The position numbers and the translations under genes were made by a program. Below are positions 51,965-61,431 of a DNA stretch of 64,000 bases, piece by piece; the stretch's first letter is position 1, and the number at the start of each line of letters is the position of its first letter. Source of the stretch: Minisyncoccota bacterium (lineage in GTDB: Bacteria > Patescibacteriota > Minisyncoccia > Phycocordibacterales > CAJBRS01); contig JADGRH010000003.1 in NCBI GenBank assembly GCA_017881075.1, forward strand, positions 64,682-128,681. Reading direction: 5' to 3'. The notes beneath the pieces were generated by a model. That model saw nothing but the letters and a program-made list of their open reading frames with translations. It was not told the origin of the DNA and did no database searches.

Positions 51965-53152
51965 TTATGGTAATAACTTCTTGATCCAGCGCCAAAAGTT
52001 GCTGGGCGCCTTATCTATAGCCCTAATTCCTAGGCGGGTTAAAGAATCATCCTCACTTGCAGAAAGGCCGAAAATACAAAGGCCGTAGGCCACAGCCCAC
52101 TCTGCTCCTTTAATAATGCTTCGGACATTACCCTCCAATCGGAGGTCCGATTTCTTAGAAGGCAGTTTTAAAGCGGCCTTAGCTAAGTCTTCAATGGTGG
52201 CAATGCCGGAGCCGCCGCCACTGATAATAACTCCGGCCGGCAACAAACCGTTTCGGCCTATTTTTTTTAGATGAGCCTCAATTAATTCAAAGATGTCAGA
52301 CATTCGAGCGACCACTATCTCATCTAATTTTTTCTTGGAATAATTTTCCGCTCGGCTGCTGCCAAGTTTAACCAACTCCGCTTCTTCAATCGGAATCTTC
52401 AATCCGAGAGCAATGTCATTAGTAATATCATTTGAACCGATAGGAAAGACTTCCAGCGAAATGGGAATATCATTTTCAAACACCACTATGGATACTGTTT
52501 CCGATCCAATATTAGCCAAGACACAGCCAGCGATTTTTTGAGTTTTAGTAAGAGAGACTAAACTGGCGGCAATGGGTGCGGCCATGACGTCTTCTACTTG
52601 GATACCGGCTTCTTCTACGGCACTAATAATGTCGTTAAGGTGATTGGAGAGGGAATTAATGAACAGGGTCCTTACCTCGAGCCTGGTGCCCTTCATCCCT
52701 TGAGGCCTTCCAAGAACCGCTTTGCCGTCTATCTTGAACTGGAGGGGTATGCTGTGAAGTATGGTGCGGTTTAGCGAAAACGATGGCGGTATTTCGCTTT
52801 CGCTGGCTTCAATAACCTTTTTAATATCAGATTCACCGATCTCCGAATCGGCTCGACTAATGACTAGCGAGCCGATAGAGATAAAGGCCGAGAGCCCGGT
52901 GCCTCCGATGGGTAGATAGGCCTTGGAGATTTTTAGGCCGCTGGCGGCTTGAGCTTGGCGGACAGCCGATCTTATACTTTTAGTGGCTTCAGGAAGGTTA
53001 ATAACATAACCGTGCCGTAAACCCTTGGTCTCGGCGGATCCGGTGCCAATGATCCGCACAGTTTCCTTGCCATTTTCGATCACTGCTTCAGCCACCACCA
53101 CCTTTATTTGGTAGCTGCCGATATCTATTCCAGCTGCGATGTGACGGGCCAT
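51965..53152 (-). CDS. ftsA: cell division protein FtsA
   Basis: actin-like ATPase; IAAGIDIGSYQIKVVVAE; immediately upstream of ftsZ. Confidence 0.85.
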   Translation of the reverse strand: MARHIAAGIDIGSYQIKVVVAEAVIENGKETVRIIGTGSAETKGLRHGYVINLPEATKSIRSAVRQAQAASGLKISKAYLPIGGTGLSAFISIGSLVISRADSEIGESDIKKVIEASESEIPPSFSLNRTILHSIPLQFKIDGKAVLGRPQGMKGTRLEVRTLFINSLSNHLNDIISAVEEAGIQVEDVMAAPIAASLVSLTKTQKIAGCVLANIGSETVSIVVFENDIPISLEVFPIGSNDITNDIALGLKIPIEEAELVKLGSSRAENYSKKKLDEIVVARMSDIFELIEAHLKKIGRNGLLPAGVIISGGGSGIATIEDLAKAALKLPSKKSDLRLEGNVRSIIKGAEWAVAYGLCIFGLSASEDDSLTRLGIRAIDKAPSNFWRWIKKLLP

Positions 53153-53524
53153 TTAAATATTAAAAAATTTGTGATAGGTTTTCTCCTTACTCTCCATTCT
53201 ACTACCATGACTAAAGCCTTTCAAATGACAGAGGCCGTGGATAAAGAGAGAAATTACTTCTTCTTTTAATTTGTTCGAGAGAAAAATCTCGCCCTGGGAA
53301 GGAGTGATCGAGAAGCTTAAAATATTTGCCGGCTGGTTTTTCTTCCGATAAAGTCGATTGAGTTTTTTAGAATGAGAGGTAGTAGTGAAGACCAGACTCA
53401 ATGTATATTTCCTCCCCAAGACCTTATTTTTTATTTTACTTAAAAACACCCCGCTTATTTTCGGAGTGTTCTTGACTAGAAAGGTGATGGTGAAATTGTT
53501 CTGGTATTGGCGAGTTCTCTGCAT
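53153..53524 (-). CDS. ybeY: rRNA maturation endoribonuclease YbeY
   Basis: HGLCHLKGFSHG (H..H .. H zinc motif). Confidence 0.7.
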   Translation of the reverse strand: MQRTRQYQNNFTITFLVKNTPKISGVFLSKIKNKVLGRKYTLSLVFTTTSHSKKLNRLYRKKNQPANILSFSITPSQGEIFLSNKLKEEVISLFIHGLCHLKGFSHGSRMESKEKTYHKFFNI

Positions 53525-53527
53525 GTC

Positions 53528-53779
53528 TTATCCGCGCTTGCCCATATTATTTTCTCTGGGTCGCATTTTGCCCAACTTAATCAGTTTCTCAACCTCTTCT
53601 TTTCGACGCAGAGATTTTAAAGTCTTTTTCTTGCGAACATAGGGTGATGCGGCGCGCTTGGCATATCTTAATGAGCGCACTCGATTTAAAACTCCCGATT
53701 CCTGAACCCGCCGGGTGAATTTCCGAATCATACTGACATTATTTTCGTTGCGGGTTTTATTTATTTCTACGTTAATCAT
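53528..53779 (-). CDS. rpsU: 30S ribosomal protein S21
   Basis: basic 83-aa protein; KFTRRVQESGVLNRVRSLRYAKRAASP pattern typical of bS21. Confidence 0.55.
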   Translation of the reverse strand: MINVEINKTRNENNVSMIRKFTRRVQESGVLNRVRSLRYAKRAASPYVRKKKTLKSLRRKEEVEKLIKLGKMRPRENNMGKRG

Positions 53780-53798
53780 GGGCTAATAGAATAGCATA

Positions 53799-55025
53799 CT
53801 ATTTCAACTTCTTCAAATATTTCACCAAATTTTCTATTTTGATGGTTTCTTGGGAGCGACTGTTCATGTGGCGGACCACCACGCTATTTTCCAGAGCCTC
53901 TTTTTGACCCATGATAATGATGTAAGGGATATTCATTTTTTCAGCGCTGGCAATTTGAGCGGTTAATTTATCTTTAGAAAGTGATTGATGAACGGGAATT
54001 TTAGCCTGTCGAAGCATCTCAATGATCTTCAAACTTTTCAATTTAGCTTCAAAAGCGAATTGAATAAAATAAAATTTCGGTCTGACTTCCGCTTTGTTGG
54101 CCGTTCGTTTTAAGTGATCTGGCTGGATAAGAATGGCTACACCTATGGCCGGCACATCTTTTTTGTTCCAGATTTTTTTAGCCAGGCCATTATATCGTTC
54201 ACCGATAGCCAAAGTCTTTACCTCAGTGCCTTTTTGGTTAGTGCCGCGAATCTCAAAGAGAGTACCGGTGCAGAAGCTGCGACTACCCACCAATGAATGC
54301 TCGATATCATAAGAGATGGAAAGAGACTCTAGATACTCCAAGATCTCCTTGAAATGAATCCGGCTTGGCTCGGAGAGAAAACTCATTGGTTTAGGAGCGC
54401 CTTCCAGCAACTCCAGGCACTTTCCTTCCTTGCAATGGAAAAGACCAAATACATCCTTTTTAAAAGTCTGTCGGCAATGGACCGGCAAAACATTCCAATT
54501 TTTTCTATAATAAAGAGTTAGCTCTCGGACGAATTTAGCCAACGACTCTTTGTCGCCCAGACTATTGATGTGCAGGTAAAGATTCTGGTGCGGGTATTGC
54601 TCTTTTAAAATAACGTAAGCCGTTTCAATAATCATGACATCGGCGATACTTTTTGAATTCCCGATGATTTCCAGATTAAAAGTCTTTTCTCTTTTGATCT
54701 TGCGGATGTGGGGGTTGCCTTCAATAGGACCCTCGTAATAGATCATTATGGGCGAGGAAAGATGGACCATTCTCTTTTCCATATAGGTTCGTAAGATGGA
54801 AATTTTTTCTTCCAGATATCCGGAGAATTTAAATTCGTCCTCTCTAAATGGGTGGACTTCCTTAGTGTGAGATTCTTTGAAGGCTCTGGCTCGAGAGAAG
54901 TCTTCCTTTTCTATTTTAAATTTAGGCGCTTCAAAATAACCATAGAATTTGGCGGTTTGAGTGGCTTTTTCATATTCTCGACTGCTGTTTTTAGAGCGCA
55001 CTCTCTTTTTGATCTTTGTTTTCAT
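53799..55025 (-). CDS. hisS: histidyl-tRNA synthetase-like class II aaRS (divergent N-terminus)
   Basis: INSLGD .. Y .. L .. YY; IGERYNGL (HisRS GGRYD-like); C-terminal class II anticodon-binding domain. Confidence 0.5.
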   Translation of the reverse strand: MKTKIKKRVRSKNSSREYEKATQTAKFYGYFEAPKFKIEKEDFSRARAFKESHTKEVHPFREDEFKFSGYLEEKISILRTYMEKRMVHLSSPIMIYYEGPIEGNPHIRKIKREKTFNLEIIGNSKSIADVMIIETAYVILKEQYPHQNLYLHINSLGDKESLAKFVRELTLYYRKNWNVLPVHCRQTFKKDVFGLFHCKEGKCLELLEGAPKPMSFLSEPSRIHFKEILEYLESLSISYDIEHSLVGSRSFCTGTLFEIRGTNQKGTEVKTLAIGERYNGLAKKIWNKKDVPAIGVAILIQPDHLKRTANKAEVRPKFYFIQFAFEAKLKSLKIIEMLRQAKIPVHQSLSKDKLTAQIASAEKMNIPYIIIMGQKEALENSVVVRHMNSRSQETIKIENLVKYLKKLK

Positions 55026-55027
55026 GA

Positions 55028-55705
55028 TTATTTAACTGCAGTTTCTGAAACACTACCGGGGAGAATAGCAATTCTGTCAGGTGGCAGTAATCTCAAGAAA
55101 GCTCTTCCAACAATCTCATTTCGCGAGACTGGTCCCCATGAACGGGAATCATAACTTACCGGTCGATTATCACCCATAACAAAATATTGGTCGGGACCGA
55201 GGGTAACAGTCATATTTTTTTCACCTTGGTATTTGATGTATGACTCGTCCAACTGAAATCCTTCGAGATTAGAAGCATTTTTTATGATTATTTTGTCATT
55301 GCGAATTTCCAAAGTCTCATTAGGCAGACCAATAACTCTTTTAATATAAAAAACCTTTTGATCAAGTGGCGGACGGAAGATTACCACATCGCCACGGTTC
55401 GGATTATGTAGGTGATACGACAATTCATCCACAATCAAATATTCTCCCCCGGAAAAGTTTGGTTCCATGGAAGTGCCGACAACAATAAATGGTTGAGCAA
55501 CGAAGAAGCGCAGAGGTACAAGCACTACCAAGATGAAAAAAACAAATTTCAGAAGCTCTTTGAAAAAACTGGCACTCTTAAATGTTTTATTAGTTGGAAT
55601 TTCTACTGATCTTGCCATTTTTTCACTCTCAATCTCTTCATTCATGGCCACATAATATAGGCAAAGAGTGCTTGACACAAGGATATAAGCCGTGTTATGG
55701 CTCAT
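55028..55705 (-). CDS. lepB: signal peptidase I
   Basis: VVGTSMEP (catalytic Ser), KRVIGLPNE, FVMGDNRPVSYDSRSWGPV. Confidence 0.8.
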   Translation of the reverse strand: MSHNTAYILVSSTLCLYYVAMNEEIESEKMARSVEIPTNKTFKSASFFKELLKFVFFILVVLVPLRFFVAQPFIVVGTSMEPNFSGGEYLIVDELSYHLHNPNRGDVVIFRPPLDQKVFYIKRVIGLPNETLEIRNDKIIIKNASNLEGFQLDESYIKYQGEKNMTVTLGPDQYFVMGDNRPVSYDSRSWGPVSRNEIVGRAFLRLLPPDRIAILPGSVSETAVK

Positions 55706-55728
55706 TTTGTCCTACTTCGAAATCTCGT

Positions 55729-55794
55729 CTACGAACTTTTAAACAGACCACTCCGGGGCGTTTGCCCAAGTCTTAGTCTGTTTAAAAGTTGTAG
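55729..55794. repeat. 68-bp structured palindromic element, copy 2 (reverse orientation relative to 29942..30009)
   Basis: CTACGAACTTTTAAACAGAC CACTCCGGGGCGTTTGCCCAAGTCTTA GTCTGTTTAAAAGTTGTAG; about 90% identical to the revcomp of copy 1 including the loop. Confidence 0.7.
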
Positions 55795-55824
55795 ACTTCG
55801 CTTCCGAAGTAGTAAGATACAAAG

Positions 55825-56415
55825 ATGTTTTATATTATTGGCCTAGGAAATCCTGGAGAAGAGTACGACAACACTCGACACAATGTCGGCAGAATGAGCG
55901 TGGAAATTTTCAGCAAGAATCATAAGCTTCCTGAATTTTCCATAAATAAAAAATTAAGAGCGCTGGTGTCCGAGGGGAAGGTCGGCCGCGATAAAGTGAC
56001 GCTTGTCTTGCCGGAAACTTTTATGAATAAGTCCGGTGAATCGGTGAAGCCGATAATTACCAGTAAGAAAAAAGCGGCCAGTCTTGTTGTTGTTTCCGAC
56101 GACCTGGACTTGCCGCTCGGCCGTTTCAAGATTGCTTTCAATCGCGGCTCCGGCGGACACAAGGGCGTGGAGTCCATTATTCGAGCGGTGAAGACAGAAG
56201 AATTTATCAGAGTGAAAGTGGGTATCTCACCCTCGACCGCCTCCGGTAAATTAAGAAAGCCCGACAGCAAAGAAATTCTAGATTTCATCATTGGTAAATT
56301 TAAAAAGCCAGAATTGGAAAAAATGAAGAAAGTTTTTAAAAAAGTCTCCGAAGCACTCGAGATGATTGTTGTTGAAGGAAAAGATAGAGCCATGGGAGAA
56401 TTCAATAGCCGATAA
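55825..56415 (+). CDS. pth: peptidyl-tRNA hydrolase
   Basis: IIGLGNPG..Y..TRHNVG; DDLDLPLGRFKI; GGHKGV. Confidence 0.85.
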   Translation: MFYIIGLGNPGEEYDNTRHNVGRMSVEIFSKNHKLPEFSINKKLRALVSEGKVGRDKVTLVLPETFMNKSGESVKPIITSKKKAASLVVVSDDLDLPLGRFKIAFNRGSGGHKGVESIIRAVKTEEFIRVKVGISPSTASGKLRKPDSKEILDFIIGKFKKPELEKMKKVFKKVSEALEMIVVEGKDRAMGEFNSR

Positions 56416-56419
56416 AATT

Positions 56420-56662
56420 ATGGATTCCAATTGGAAAGAAGAAAATAATTTTTTAAAAGCCACCTTTAAATTTAAAGATTTTAAAGAAGCACTTATTTTT
56501 GTAAATAAGGTGGGGGAGTTGGCCGAGCGACAGAATCATCATCCTGATATATGCATCAAGGATTATAACACCGTCACCATCGCCACCACTTCTCACGACG
56601 CCGGAAAGACTGTCACTCAAAAAGACCATGATCTTGCTAAAGCGATTGATGACTTGAGCTGA
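56420..56662 (+). CDS. pterin-4a-carbinolamine dehydratase (PCD/DCoH)
   Basis: F.F.DF.EAL.FVNKV..AE..NHHPD..I..YN.V.I..T.HD; start trimmed to MDSNWKE. Confidence 0.7.
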   Translation: MDSNWKEENNFLKATFKFKDFKEALIFVNKVGELAERQNHHPDICIKDYNTVTIATTSHDAGKTVTQKDHDLAKAIDDLS

Positions 56663-56778
56663 AACAGACCCACCTTTACTTTTGCCCTCCTTTTGAGTAA
56701 TTTGAGACTAGAGTTTCGTTGAAAACTACACAAATTTTCGGTTCAAACACAAACAAAAAAAGGAGAAAGTAGCAGCTT

Positions 56779-59700
56779 ATGATAACAACTCTCTACCAGA
56801 GTAACGGCGATAATCGTCGTGAATTTTGTTTCTGCGTGGAGACTAGTGCTCCGCTCACAGAAACAGAAATGCAGTTATTGCACGGGCTTCTGGCTGAGAC
56901 TTCTCAACCAGAGCTTACCAGAACAAATTCATTTTTGTCTGGCGGTGTAATGCAAGTAGGTCCGCGGCCGGCAGTTGAAACTGCGGCGTCATCAAACGCT
57001 GTGGCCATCTGTCGCTCTTTGGGAATTAACAAGGTGACGCGCATTGAAACTTTGCGCCGATACCTCCTTCCTATGGAAGGTCCATTCGATCGGATGACGG
57101 AGTGTGTCTACAACGTCATTCCTGAATCGTTCACCAATAACACAACTCCCGAGCCAGTCAGCATCATTCCGCTCATCGAGGATGGGCCGAAGGCGCTTCA
57201 AGTCATTAATCGTGACTGGGGTTTGGGCATGGATGACTTCGACATCGAGTTCAATTACGATCTCTTCGCGAACGTCTTCAAACGGAATCCGACAATCGTC
57301 GAGTGTTTCGGTTTGGCTAATGCGAACAGTGAACATTCTCGGCACTGGTTCTTCAAAGGGAAGATGATTATTGATGGCATTCCGATGCCACGCTCGCTGA
57401 TGCAGTTGGTAAAAGAATCACTTCGTCTGCTGGGCCAACATTCAAACAGTGTCATCGCCTTTGCCGATAACTCAAGTGCCATTCAAGGGCGCGAGATCAA
57501 GGTTCTCGTTCCGGCTCAAGTCGGTCCGAGGGCATTCAGTCTGCGACATCGCTTGTACGACATTATCTTCACTGCGGAAACCCACAATCATCCAACGATG
57601 GTTGAAGAGTTTCGCGGGGCTGAGACGGGTACCGGTGGTCGCATTCGCGATATTCAAGCCACCGGTCGCGGTGGTTTAGTGGTTGCGGGAACTGCCGGCT
57701 ACTGTGTCGGCAATCTCTTGATTCCGGGATTCAGTATTTCGGGTGAAAATCTAGATTTCAAATATCCCGAGAAATATCGGCGACCGCTCCAAATTCTCAT
57801 CGGCGCCTCTAACGGTGCTTCCGATTACGGAAATAAATTCGGCGAGCCGCTTATCAACGGCTTTGTTCGAAGTTTCGGTCTCTCTTTACCTAACGGCGAG
57901 CGGCGTGAGTGGATCAAACCAATTATGTTCACCGGAGGCATTGGCCAAATGGAGAGGAGTCATGTAAAGAAACGCAACCCCCAGAAGGGGATGTTCATCA
58001 TTCAGATCGGCGGTCCAGCATATCGGATTGGTCTCGGCGGCGGTGCAGCTTCAAGCATGACTCAAGGACAAAACACCGAGAATCTCGACTTTAATTCCGT
58101 CCAACGCGGCAACGCGGAGATGGGACAAAAAGTGAATCGTGTTGTTCGTGCCTGCGTGGAACTTCGAGAGAAGAATCCCATTCTCTCTATTCACGATCAG
58201 GGTGCGGGCGGACCATGCAATGTGCTTACAGAGCTGGTTCATCCGGCAGGTGGCAAGGTGAATATCCGCGCCATCAATGTTGGTGATACCAGTATGTCGG
58301 TTTTGGAAATCTGGGGGGCGGAGTATCAAGAGAGACTAGCCATTCTTCTTAAGCCGGAGGACCTGGAAATGTTTCAGGAAATCTGTGCGAGGGAAGTGGT
58401 GCCGTGTGAAGTCTTGGGAGAGGTGACGGGCGATGGCAACATCACTGTTTATGACTCTAATGACGGAACAACTCCTGTTAACCTGGTCTTGGATAAAATC
58501 CTTGGCTCGGTTCCGCAGAAAACTTTTCGGTCAGATTATCCGAACATGAAGCTTCAACCACTAGCAATTCCTTCAGAGGAGTCGGTGGGAGAGCTTCTCA
58601 AGAAAGTTCTTCGTCTCCCTTCAGTGGGATCGAAGGGTTACCTCATTCGGAAAGTCGATCGGAGCGTTACGGGTTTGGTTGCGCAGCAGCAGTGCTGTGG
58701 GCCGCTGCATCTTCCTGTTAGTGATTTCGCAGTCTGTGCTCAAAGTCATTCCGATCTCTTCGGTATGGCGACGGCGAACGGCGAACAGCCGATTAAGATG
58801 CTTGTGAATGCGGGGGCGGGCGCTCGGATGGCGATCGGCGAAATGTTGACCAACATCGTCTGGGTCAAGTCGGAAGGATTGGTGACTATTAAGTCGTCAG
58901 GTAATTGGATGTGGCCGGCAAAACTTCCCGGCGAAGGAGCTCTCATTTACGATGCGGCGGCCGCAGCTAGCGACTTGCTCGTCGCACTTGGAGGAGCGGA
59001 AATTGATGGAGGTAAGGACAGTCTTTCCATGGCGGCCAGTTTTGATGGAGAGACGGTCAAAGCACCGGGGCAATTTGTGGTGTCGGGGTACGTCGCCGTG
59101 CCGGATATCACGAAGAAAGTTACGCCCGATCTGAAAAAATGGGGGAAAAGCAAACTTGCTCTCATCGATATATCCGCGGGACAGTCTCGTCTCGGCGGAT
59201 CGGCGCTTGCACAAGCATTTGGACAGATCGGAAACGAAAGTCCTGATGTCGATGGTCCGATACGCCTTCGCCGCGGGTTTGAGGCAGTGCAGGAAATGAT
59301 TGATCAAGGTTTAATTTTGTCAGGGCATGATCGGAGTGACGGTGGCCTCATCGTAGCTTTGGTCGAAATGGCTCTGGCAGGAAATATCGGGATCGATGTG
59401 ATTCTAAAGGGTCAATACGACGAGGTGGCGAGACTGTTTGCCGAAGAGCTTGGTCTCTTGATTGAGTATTTGCCGGAGAAGGAAGAAGAAATTCTCTCTG
59501 TGCTGGATAAACATTTTCAGCATTTACCTCTGGACGAGTGCTTCCATGAGCTCGGCTCTACAACAGTGGACAGCAGAGTGAAGATTGGTTTCGACGGTCT
59601 CGATTCGACAGATGTCGTATTAAATGAAGACCTAGAAACAATTCGCTCCTGGTGGGAAGCGACGAGTGATAAACTCGAGGAGTTCCAGATGAATCCCGAG

Positions 59701-60615
59701 TGTGCGAAAGCAGCTGCGTCTGCTAGACGTCAGCATGTGCCTTGCTCGCATCTCTCATTTACTCCGTCGACAACACCGAAAGAGTGGATGAAGAGGGATG
59801 GTAGGCCAAGAGTGGCAATCGTTCGTGAGGAGGGATCAAACGGCGATCGGGAAATGGCGGCAGCTTTCTACGCTGCTGGCTTTGAGCCCTGTGATGTGCC
59901 AATGGCAGACCTTCTGAAAGGAAAAATTAATCTCAACGATCCTCGCGTGGGGTTCCGAGGAGTCGCCTTTGTTGGAGGATTCTCCTATGCCGACGTCTTT
60001 GGCAGTGCCAAGGGCTGGGCGGCAATCATTCGTTCAAACGAGCGACTGAAAGAGATGTTCGAGACGTTTAAACGACGTTCCGACACTTTCTCTCTGGGAG
60101 TCTGTAACGGCTGTCAGCTGATGGCCATTCTCGGATGGGTTCCGGGAATCGTCGAAGATGAGCGCGACCAATTACGGTTTGTGCACAACACGTCGGGGAG
60201 ATTTGAATCAAACTGGCTGCGTGTGCGAATCGAAAAAAGTCCTGCAATCATGCTTCGGGAAATGGAAGGGTCCGTTCTCGGAGTATGGGTTGCTCATGGC
60301 GAAGGGAGACTCTTTGCTCCAAAGGAAGAGATTCTCCTCGACGTCATTGAAAGGAGGCTAGCGCCGATGGTTTATGTGGATCAAGGGGAAATTTCTACGG
60401 AGTCTTATCCCTTAAATCCGAATGGCTCGCCAAGAGGAATCACTTCACTGTGTTCACCTTGCGGCAGACATTTGGCAATGATGCCTCATCCGGAACGCAG
60501 TTTTCTGAAATGGCAATGGCCGTGGTTGCCCAAAGAAGTGGCCGAAGCCGAAGTCTCGCCATGGCTCCGACTATTCCAAAATGCCCGTGAGTGGTGCGAG
60601 TTAAGAGAAGTGTAG
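56779..60615 (+). CDS. purL: phosphoribosylformylglycinamidine synthase, single-chain large form (lgPurL)
   Basis: 1278 aa; N-terminal PurS-like domain, duplicated PurM-like domains, C-terminal class I glutaminase with GVCNGCQLM; GC visibly above backbone. Confidence 0.85.
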   Translation: MITTLYQSNGDNRREFCFCVETSAPLTETEMQLLHGLLAETSQPELTRTNSFLSGGVMQVGPRPAVETAASSNAVAICRSLGINKVTRIETLRRYLLPMEGPFDRMTECVYNVIPESFTNNTTPEPVSIIPLIEDGPKALQVINRDWGLGMDDFDIEFNYDLFANVFKRNPTIVECFGLANANSEHSRHWFFKGKMIIDGIPMPRSLMQLVKESLRLLGQHSNSVIAFADNSSAIQGREIKVLVPAQVGPRAFSLRHRLYDIIFTAETHNHPTMVEEFRGAETGTGGRIRDIQATGRGGLVVAGTAGYCVGNLLIPGFSISGENLDFKYPEKYRRPLQILIGASNGASDYGNKFGEPLINGFVRSFGLSLPNGERREWIKPIMFTGGIGQMERSHVKKRNPQKGMFIIQIGGPAYRIGLGGGAASSMTQGQNTENLDFNSVQRGNAEMGQKVNRVVRACVELREKNPILSIHDQGAGGPCNVLTELVHPAGGKVNIRAINVGDTSMSVLEIWGAEYQERLAILLKPEDLEMFQEICAREVVPCEVLGEVTGDGNITVYDSNDGTTPVNLVLDKILGSVPQKTFRSDYPNMKLQPLAIPSEESVGELLKKVLRLPSVGSKGYLIRKVDRSVTGLVAQQQCCGPLHLPVSDFAVCAQSHSDLFGMATANGEQPIKMLVNAGAGARMAIGEMLTNIVWVKSEGLVTIKSSGNWMWPAKLPGEGALIYDAAAAASDLLVALGGAEIDGGKDSLSMAASFDGETVKAPGQFVVSGYVAVPDITKKVTPDLKKWGKSKLALIDISAGQSRLGGSALAQAFGQIGNESPDVDGPIRLRRGFEAVQEMIDQGLILSGHDRSDGGLIVALVEMALAGNIGIDVILKGQYDEVARLFAEELGLLIEYLPEKEEEILSVLDKHFQHLPLDECFHELGSTTVDSRVKIGFDGLDSTDVVLNEDLETIRSWWEATSDKLEEFQMNPECAKAAASARRQHVPCSHLSFTPSTTPKEWMKRDGRPRVAIVREEGSNGDREMAAAFYAAGFEPCDVPMADLLKGKINLNDPRVGFRGVAFVGGFSYADVFGSAKGWAAIIRSNERLKEMFETFKRRSDTFSLGVCNGCQLMAILGWVPGIVEDERDQLRFVHNTSGRFESNWLRVRIEKSPAIMLREMEGSVLGVWVAHGEGRLFAPKEEILLDVIERRLAPMVYVDQGEISTESYPLNPNGSPRGITSLCSPCGRHLAMMPHPERSFLKWQWPWLPKEVAEAEVSPWLRLFQNAREWCELREV

Positions 60616-60728
60616 TGTAGGTTGCCCTGTCCGTTCGTACGCGAATGGCCGGGGCACTTTTATTTTTAATTTAGACCAATTTGTTTTTGTTTATATTTCT
60701 GCTAATCTGAATCGAGAAGAATTTCATT

Positions 60729-61400
60729 ATGAGTAGAATAAAAACAGCAAAGTTTGTTGAACCGAACGATCCGGTTCTCACTAGGGTCGCCGAAGAAGTG
60801 TACTTGCCGGAACTTTTTTCTGAGGAGATTTCCGACTATATAGACACCATGTTCTATATGGCGAGGGAGAATCAGTCGAACAGGGGTGAGCGAGTGTTAG
60901 TCGGCCTTGCCGCGCCACAGATTGGCATTTCCAAACGAATCATTCTAGTGGATGTCATTGCCGACGGAGAAGGAGAAGTGGGAGACCTACGTCTCTACAT
61001 CAATCCGAAGATCACTTGGCGCTCGGAAGAGGAGAGCGAGTGGTATGAAGGGTGTTTTTCTACGAGTTGTGTTTGCGGTGTATTTTTACGACCAACCACA
61101 ATAAGGGTTAAGGCTCTGAAAATCGATTGGAAGAAAAAGACCATGGAGACGTCAGAAGAAGAGGAGTATTCCGGTTACGTCGCCCGCATCTTCCAACACA
61201 AAATTGATCACTTAGATCGAAAGGAATTCACCACTCATGTGACGGATCCTGAAAAACTTCACTGGGTAGAGAAGGACGAATTCTTTGAGTATCGTGATAA
61301 GCAGGGCTGGAAAAACTGGCCAAATAAATGCTCTCTCGATGATTGGGAGAAAATCAAACTTTTTGGGCTCCTCGCCCGGAAAGTGATCGCTCGGGAATAG
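60729..61400 (+). CDS. peptide deformylase homolog with catalytic Glu replaced by Lys (QHKIDH) and an internal insertion
   Basis: GLAAPQIG (motif 1), YEGCFS (motif 2), QHKIDHL instead of QHEIDHL (motif 3). Confidence 0.6.
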   Translation: MSRIKTAKFVEPNDPVLTRVAEEVYLPELFSEEISDYIDTMFYMARENQSNRGERVLVGLAAPQIGISKRIILVDVIADGEGEVGDLRLYINPKITWRSEEESEWYEGCFSTSCVCGVFLRPTTIRVKALKIDWKKKTMETSEEEEYSGYVARIFQHKIDHLDRKEFTTHVTDPEKLHWVEKDEFFEYRDKQGWKNWPNKCSLDDWEKIKLFGLLARKVIARE

Positions 61401-61431
61401 GTATTCCGAGCGATTTTTATTTAACAGCTAT

